Positions 49,939-64,000 of a stretch of DNA of 64,000 nt are shown here, piece after piece. A program made the position numbers and the translations under genes. Where the stretch lies: assembly GCF_009914755.1 (NCBI RefSeq), contig NC_060942.1; one strand, 5' to 3'. The first letter of the stretch is position 1, and each line of letters opens with the position of its first letter. This DNA comes from the human T2T-CHM13v2.0 reference genome, Homo sapiens. The notes beneath the pieces were generated by a model. That model did no database searches, had not been told where the DNA came from, and saw nothing but the letters and a program-made list of their open reading frames with translations.

Positions 49939-51572
49939 TGTGATATTGTGAAATACTACTTGGTCTTCTACCCATTTCCTGGCAAGCAACTTCTAAAATC
50001 CTTGGAATCTCCTTGTGTGCTAATGAATTGACCTTTGGGTGGGTGGGTAGGGGCTACTGGATAGCCCCAGGATAGTGGTTGCCACTGGATTAGAGGGTAG
50101 GAACTTTCAGCCCCACCCCCAGCCTCGGGGAGGAGAGAGTAGCTGAAGTTTGAGTTATTCACCAATGGCCAATGATGTAATCAATCATGCCTACTTAATG
50201 ACCCCTCCATAAAACCCCCAAAGGATAGAAGTTGGAGAGCTTCTGAGTTGCTTAACCCTTGGAGGTGCTGGGAGGGTGATATGCCTGGAGCGGGCACAGA
50301 AGCTCTGCACCCCTTCCCCATACCTTGCCCTATGCATCTCTTCCATCTGGCTGTTCATCTGTATCCTTTCTAATATCCTTTATAATAAACAGGTAAACAT
50401 AAGTAAGTGTTTCCCAAAGGTCTGTGAGCTGCTCTAGCAAATTAATCAAACCTGTGGAAGGGCCATGGGAACCCTGATGTATAGCCAGTTGGTCAGAAGT
50501 ATTGGTGACAACCTACTACTTATGATGTCTAAAGTGGGGCAGTCTTGTGGGACTGAACTCTCAACCCGTGAGGTTTGATGCTACCTTCAGGTAGATAGTG
50601 TCAGAATTGAACTGAATTCTAGAGGATGAAACTGCCTTTGCAAAATTATGACAGCAAGAGAAATGTGACATGGCTAACTCCATCTTGCTTCTATCCTCAC
50701 AGACTGGCTGTCCTTGCTCATACCTGGGCATAGGCCAAGCTAACCACGGGAGAAATTTAGTTTATAGTTTACGTGATGATAGCCCTTTCCAAAAACTAAA
50801 CTACCCTTGTAAAACTGATGAACATCATGAAGTTAGGAGGATGAGAGGGGCCTGAATTCTACTAAGATGTGGGTGTAGTTAAATAATTACCAGCCATTAT
50901 TCCGAAAGTCATAAGATTTGCAACTTCCCCAATTAATCCTGTAAATAACATCACTATTGTAGAGTTTAAGATTGGCCTTTTGGGACGTCTTTTCAGGCTT
51001 TTGCATTTCTAAGTACTGGATGGCCCCACCCAGACCAGTGACTCCTCTGGTGGGCCCCACCCAGAAGCCAACTCAGCATACAAGGACTGTTTTCCACACC
51101 CCTATGATTGCATCCCCAGCCAATCCGCATGGCCCCGTCCCTAGCCTCCTGCCTACCAAACTATCCTTGAAAAACCCCTAACCTCCAGGCATGCTGGGAT
51201 ATTGATTTGGGTGATGACTGTCTCCTGCGTGGTGCCAGCATCGTGTCAACTGAACTCTTTCTTGACTGCAATGCCATGGGCTCAGTGGATTGGGCCTGTG
51301 CGGGAAGAACCCATCAGGCAGTTACGAGGACATCCAACTGGTGTGTGCTGGAGAATCTCTTGCGGAATTGATTGCTTGCTTGGTGTGTCAGGAAACCCGC
51401 ACCATCCCCCTGCCCTGCCCTGCCCCCGCCCCATATTTGGTCACAGCAGCATCCTACGTTGTGAGAGTATAGTAGGAGAAAGTGTTTTTACATGTATCCT
51501 TTTATCTATTTTGTTTGGTATATGGCCATGTATAAGTGAGCAGTCCCCCAACTTCGAATTTCCTGAGACACA
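49939..51572. mobile_element. MER21-type LTR (host of a nested LTR8A-like element)
   Basis: Starts TGTGATATTGTGAAATA...CTAAAATCCTTGGAATCTC. The sequence resumes after the nested LTR with CATCCAACTGGTGTGTGCTGGAGAAT. Confidence 0.72.
50627..51326 (+). mobile_element. LTR8A-like ERV1 solo LTR nested in MER21
   Basis: Starts TGAAACTGCCTTTGCAAAATTATGACAG and ends GAAGAACCCATCAGGCAGTTACG, with a 4-bp TSD AGGA on both sides. Confidence 0.8.
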
Positions 51573-51590
51573 CTAAGACTTTAGCCCTAA

Positions 51591-51779
<189 letters not shown>

Positions 51780-53039
51780 TAGCTGATTTTTGTGTTTTGT
51801 ATAGAGACAGGGTTTCACTGTGTTGTCTAGGCTGGTCTCAAACTCCTGACCTCCAGCGATCCGCCTGCCTCTGCCTCCCAAAGTGCTGGCATTACAGGCA
51901 TGAGTCACTGCCCCTGGCCCAGCTAGGGTCCACTTATTCAGTCAACCCATAGACTGATAATGGAGAATGTTCTCAGAAAAGACTGGTGTTAGCTGTACAG
52001 ATAACCTATGGGCCTAATATATGTCTGTCTTCCATATTTGTATTTTGTTTGCTAATACTGTGGAGAAAGAAGCAGGAATTCCCATTCATTGCTAGTGGAA
52101 ATGCAAATTGGTACAACCCTTGTGAAGTAGAATTTGGCAATATCTAACAAAGCCACACGTTTATTTTTTGACATAAGAATCACACTTTTAGGAAGTTGTT
52201 CTGAGGATATAGCTTCAATAATATGAAAATACATGTGAACAAGATTGTTCTTTGCAGCACTATTTAGAATTGCAGTCCAAATGCCAAACATGAGAAAGTA
52301 ATTAAACCATGGTACAGCCAAGCAGTGGGGTACTATGCAGCGGTAAAAAATTAATAAGGATGATCTCTTTTTTTTTTTTTTTTTTTTTTTGGAGACGGAG
52401 TTTCACTCTTGTAGCCTAGGCTGGAGTGCAATGGCATGATCTCGGCTCACTGCAACCTCCGCCTCCCGGGTTCAACCTCCACCTCCCGGGTTCAAGCGAT
52501 TCTCCTGCCTCAGCCTCCCAAATAGCTGGGATTACAGGCTTGCGCCACCATGCCCGGCTAATTTTTGTATTTTTAGTACAGACGGGGTTTCACCATGTTG
52601 GCCAGGCTAGCCTCGAACTCCTGACCTCAGGCAATCCACCCGCCTCGGCCTCTCAAAGTGCTGGGATTACAGGCGTGAGCCACCGCGCCCAGCCAATGAT
52701 CTCTATAAACTGATACGGAGTGATTTCCAGAATACATTCTCCCTTTTTTTTTTTTTCTTTGAGATGAAGCCTCACTCTGTTGCCCAGGCTAGAGTGCAGA
52801 GGCACAATTTCGGGACACTGCAACCTCCACCCCACTAGGTTCAAGTGATTCTCTTCCTCAGCCTCCCGAGTAGCTGGGACTACAGGTGTGCGCCACCACA
52901 CGTGGCTAATTTTTGTATTTTTAGTAGAGACGGGGTTTCCCAGGTTGGCTAGGCTGGTCTCCAACTCTTGATCTCAAGTGATCCGCCTGCCTCAGCCTCC
53001 CAGAGTGCTAGGATTACAGGCGTGAGCCACTGTGCCTGA

Positions 53040-53372
<333 letters not shown>

Positions 53373-53402
53373 TAAAGGAAAATGCCAAAAACAATCTATG
53401 GC

Positions 53403-56388
<2,986 letters not shown>

Positions 56389-57418
56389 TATTGTATAATA
56401 ACAAATATACACATGTCTGTATGATCTGAAATGACCGATTCCAGGGCTGGGGCAGGGAGAATACGATATGAACCTGGAACATTTTGTTATGCCAGAAAAT
56501 AAAAAAACCCTGAAGGAGTGATGGAGGTAAGTCGAAAGGATAAGGCACCCAATTTGAGGAGCTCCCACTGGCCAAATCCAAGATAATCTGAGCACAGAAA
56601 TAAATAATAATAGCAGGTCTGGCGTGGTGGCTCGCACCTTTAATCCCAGCACTTCGGGAGGCCGAGGCAGGCGGATAACCTGAGGTCAGGAGTTCAAGAC
56701 CAGCCTGACCAACATAGTGAAACTCCGTCTCTAGTAAAAATATAAGAATTAGTCGGGTGTAGTGGTGGGTGCCGGTGATCCCAACTGTTCATGAGGCTAA
56801 GGCTTGAACCCGGGAGGTGGAGGTCGTAGTGAGCAGAGATTGTGCCATTGCACTCCAGTCTGGGCGACAGGAGCGAGACTGTGTCTCAAAAAAAATAAAA
56901 ACTAAAACTAAAATAAAATAATTAAATCATAAATAAATAAATAAATAATAGTAATGGATTTTTAACCTAGTGAATAAAGTAGGGCTCCACAAATCCATAC
57001 TGATACAAATAAGCAAACAAACAAATGGAGAAGGAAAAGCTTTTCCACAGAGTAGAAAACCAACAAATAAATGTAGAAGAAACGATGGATGATAAAACTA
57101 AAGGGTAAAAGTTTGAGGAATAGGACACCTATCTTGTTTCAAAATAGGGAGAAATATTAACTTTATTATTATTTCAGATGGAGAGGCCTGGCTGACACCA
57201 CCCTAACCAAGTCATCAAAGTTAATCATCAAAGTTAACATTACCAGTAAGGGGACAAGCCCACATTAAAATCACGTGCCACCTAATAAAATGTACTAAGG
57301 GCCGGGTGCTGTGGCTCACGCCTGTAATCCCAGCTCTTTGGGAGGCTGAGGCAGGCAGATGATGAGGTCAAGAGATCGAGACTATCCTGGCCAACCTGGT
57401 GAAACCCCATCTCTACTA

Positions 57419-57595
<177 letters not shown>

Positions 57596-58172
57596 CTAAG
57601 AAAGCTAAGGAAGGCGAAATATCAATTTTGTGATATATCTGTCAAAAATGCACAGCCTCAATCTAATCATGAGGAAACATGGGACTGCCAAAGTGAGGGA
57701 TGTGCTATAAACTAACAGGACTTTACTTTCAAAAATGCCAAGGTCCTGAACGACAAATACAGACCATTCTACATTAAAGGAGACTAAAGAGATATGCTTA
57801 CTCAATACAGTGCGTGATCCTACATCGGATCTTAATCTGAAAATTTTTGCTTTCTTATAAAGGACATTATTTGACAACAAAAAATATGAATATGGTCAGT
57901 ATACTAGGTAATAGCATTATATCAATGTTAATTTCCTAATTTTGATAATTGTAATACATTCTCTGGTGTATAAGAGAATGACCTTGTTCTCAGGAAGTAC
58001 ACACTGAAGTATTTAGGGCACAAAGGGCAACATATCTGCAGTTTACTCTCAAATGATTCAGGAATAAAAGACATATATGGGAAACGATTATATGTAGTGT
58101 GTGCGCCTGTGTTTGTCTATATGGAAAATAATGGATCAAATCTGGGGAATCTGGATGGTGAAGAGTATATGA

Positions 58173-58826
<654 letters not shown>

Positions 58827-58869
58827 TGAATTTTCTATAAGGCTAAAATCACTTTAAGATTAAAAATTA

Positions 58870-59360
58870 CAAGATGAAAGTAATACAATTCTGATATATT
58901 CTATAACATGGCCGAAGGTTGAAGACACTATGCTAAGTGAAATAAGCCAGACACAGAAGGACAAATATTGTGATTCTACTTTTATGAAAAACCTAGAATA
59001 GTCAAATTCATGGAGGTTAAGACGGAAAGCCTCCATTTTAGAATGAACTAGAATACAGAAGAGAAGTTACTAGGGACTGTGGGGAGGAGAGAACGATGAC
59101 TTAGTGTTTAATGGGTAAAGAGGTTATTTTTTATTTTAGAGACAGGGTCTTGCTCCATCACCCAGTCTGGAGTGCTCTGGTTTAATAATAGCTCAATGTA
59201 ACCTTGAAGAATTTAAGTTTTGCCAGATGAAAAGAGTTCTGAAAATGGATAGTCATGATGGTTGCACAGCCAAGTGAATATACTTAATGCCACTGAACTG
59301 TATATTTAAAATTGGTCAAAATGGTATATTTTACGTTGTGTAGTATATTGTACCACATAT
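58870..59360 (+). mobile_element. Old L1 3' UTR fragment (L1MB type)
   Basis: CTATGCTAAGTGAAATAAGCCAGACACAGAAGGACAAATATTG...GTGAATATACTTAATGCCACTGAACTGTA. Confidence 0.8.
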
Positions 59361-59543
59361 ACAAAAAAAGTAAATGAGGGTTCACAGTCCCAGGTTTATA
59401 CTTTAACTACAATATCAGCATGTCTTCCCCAGAACTGATTACAAAATGCAGTTTCATTCTATAAAAACATTTAAGGAACAGCCTCCTTCCCTACCAGAGA
59501 TCTTGTACCATCTTGCCAGTCGAAGTGAGAAACAGCCCATTTA

Positions 59544-60190
<647 letters not shown>

Positions 60191-60627
60191 TTATGAGCAG
60201 GCTCAGGAGGTAAACACTACAGTAATTAGACAACATCGAAGACTTCATGATAACACTTCCCAAGCATGTTTGGTGACCCGTGACCCTCAGGAACCAAGCA
60301 TTTTGCAAGTTCTTCCCTTTCACACCCTTTGACCTCTGCAATGTGAACAGGAAAAATAAAGCCAAGTAAAATAGCTGACTTATACAGTCTTCATTCTGGC
60401 ATGGACCTGGCCTGAAGTGGGTTCACTTCTCATTAAGGTTACTCATTGCTTTTTTACAGTATAAGCAATGGTAAAGTGTCTTTCATGCTTTAAGTGTCTG
60501 TAGTAATTTGTATGTAAGTGTCAAATACCAAGGCACAGTCAATCTTGTCTTATTTTTAAAAACTTAAAGTACCAAGTGAAAAACTCATTTCCATTTTCAA
60601 AGGCACAATTAAATTTCAGGCTTTTAA

Positions 60628-60873
<246 letters not shown>

Positions 60874-61898
60874 TGAGCTCAGGCAATCCGCCTGCCTCGG
60901 CCTCCCAAAGTGCTAAGATTACAGGTGTGAGCCACCGCTCCCGGCCTTAAAACCCTATTAACCAGACTCTGTCTCTAATTGATTCTGGAGAAAATTGCAA
61001 ACTTCATCTTCCTCAACTGTTGCCACATAGTCATCATTTCTTATAGAATAAGGCACTGATCCCATCTCAATCTAGTAACTTGACCTCAGTGTATCTTTTG
61101 AGGTTTCCCTTTTGCTATTCCTTCTGTAGCTGTCAAGTTAGACTCCCAAACTTTAGAATAAATCCCCAATAATTGCTCGGCCACAGAATGTACGCATTTT
61201 CAAAACTTTGCATATGCATTGATGAGTTGCTCTCTCACTAGCTGTGAACAAAAGGTCTCCTTTTCCCCAAACTAGTTGGTAAGGGTTTGTGATAAAGGAG
61301 GACTAAATATATATGTATATATATTTAGGGACAAGGTCTCACTCTGTCACCCAGGCTGGAGTGCAGTGGCATGATCATAGTTCATAACAGTCTCGAACTC
61401 CTGGGCTCAAACGATCTTCCTGTCTCTGCCACCTGAGTTTCTGGGATTACAGGCGTGAGCCAGTGCACCTGGCCTTCCTTCGATTTTTGAAATTCCCAAG
61501 CTACTCATTTTTTCTCTTCCTCTGAACGCCTGAGCACGTTCCTCTTTTATTCTTTGTTTACTTATTTTCACACCAGCAAGGTTAATACTTCACACATAGT
61601 GAGCCCTCAGGAATATTTGTCAATATTTGTCAAGTGAGAATATCACTATTTCAGCAACTTTTTTTATTAACTTAAAAAATAATGCCTATTGCTTTTTATG
61701 ATGATAAAAGTAAGACAGTACCAGCTAATTGCAGAAAACTTGCAAAAGGCTAAAAACAGTGAAGAGCCATAATCCCACAACTTGGGCATAAGCATTATTT
61801 ACATTTTGGCTGACAAATAGTCAAACTTTATCCAGCAGATGAAGCTGAATCCCAGAAGAGAGGCACAAAATTTTAATTTGTGTTTTGCTTTGTTTCTA

Positions 61899-62595
<697 letters not shown>

Positions 62596-63076
62596 TTACC
62601 CAGAAAAAAGAGTGCCAACTCTTTTTGCACATCCTCCAAACCTTCTCAACTGTATTTTTCAAGAACAATCGATAGTTGACATGACTTCTCTGTGTGTGGA
62701 GGTGTGCGAGCATGGGGGATCTGCATTCTTATCCTGCAGATAATCAATGAGGAATGAGTGTAAACGTTCCATTCCTGTATACGTTTTCTTGTTTCTAGCT
62801 TAGGCCACCTGTTACCAGATAAGGATTTCCTAGCAGTAAATTAATTAAACCTTTACCTATCTTGAAGTCCAACAATACATAATTTATATTATTTTTCTCC
62901 TGGACTAAAATTTATTTTGCATTTTTAATGATTACCATTTGCAAAATAATAAGTGATGTATTTTGGGAGTGGGTGAGGGAGAAATGGGAACAGAAAGTGT
63001 ATATTGAAGTTATATTAGAGAGAAAGCTTTTTTCTAAACAGCAATTTTCGTATGAAAAACAGAGGTTATTTGTTAA

Positions 63077-63557
<481 letters not shown>

Positions 63558-64000
63558 TTAAATAGAAGTTAGTGTAGGTTGTTGTTGTATTTTTTTTCCA
63601 TAAAGAAGCTGATAGAATCAATATATCATTTTATTAGTTGAAAGCGCAGTGAACCTAAGTCAAGCAATCTAGACCCTGCTTTTGAAAAAGTTGGTTTAGT
63701 TTTTAAAACCAAATGGGATTCTCGTGAAGCAAAAAATATTTAGTCACAAATTACAGATGTGTGACTTGCAGTGAAGGGTCATGTGTGCAAGAGTTATGAG
63801 AGATGGGAGAAGAGAGAGAAGGTGAGGGAGGGAGGACAAGCATGCAGATAAGTTACCTGAAATTCTCCTACTTTTTTCAAACCTAAAGGTCAGAATGTTA
63901 TGTTTTAAAACTTTGTAATATGGCTGTTTGTGTTTCTATGTCACCATCTGGCTGTGCTGGCTAAAAACAGCTCCATGTTGGATGTATCAAGTCCTTCTAG

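Noticed and set aside
52453-52492. 20-bp tandem duplication inside an Alu (similar short duplications at ~14808 and ~57213)
   Set aside because: Ordinary slippage events with no sign of function.

Overview
Primate (very probably human) genomic DNA, extremely Alu-rich (roughly 70 Alu copies or fragments), with no intact protein-coding exon. Almost all ORFs in the supplied track come from Alu, L1 or LTR sequence, or are chance ORFs. The real content is: four processed pseudogenes (RPL31-like, an immunoglobulin lambda-like retrocopy, RPL21-like, BOD1-like), a U13 snoRNA retrocopy, many LTR, LINE and DNA-transposon fossils, and a small CpG-rich promoter/first exon at about 37.3-37.6 kb with a strong splice donor. 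From recall, this gene order fits 18p11.31 (IGLJCOR18, distal TGIF1 promoter, BOD1P1); I did not check this by alignment. Two structures stand out. (1) A ~400-bp, ~98% identical inverted duplication of apparently unique sequence brackets the 915-bp promoter/first-exon cassette, and its inner breakpoint falls exactly on the GT of the splice donor, so either orientation of the cassette is followed by the same intron start. (2) The lambda-like retrocopy is a fossil of a chimeric mRNA: a THE1-type LTR first exon spliced at the LTR donor onto IGLL1 (lambda5)-type exons 2 and 3. Repeat subfamily names and boundaries were read by eye and are approximate.
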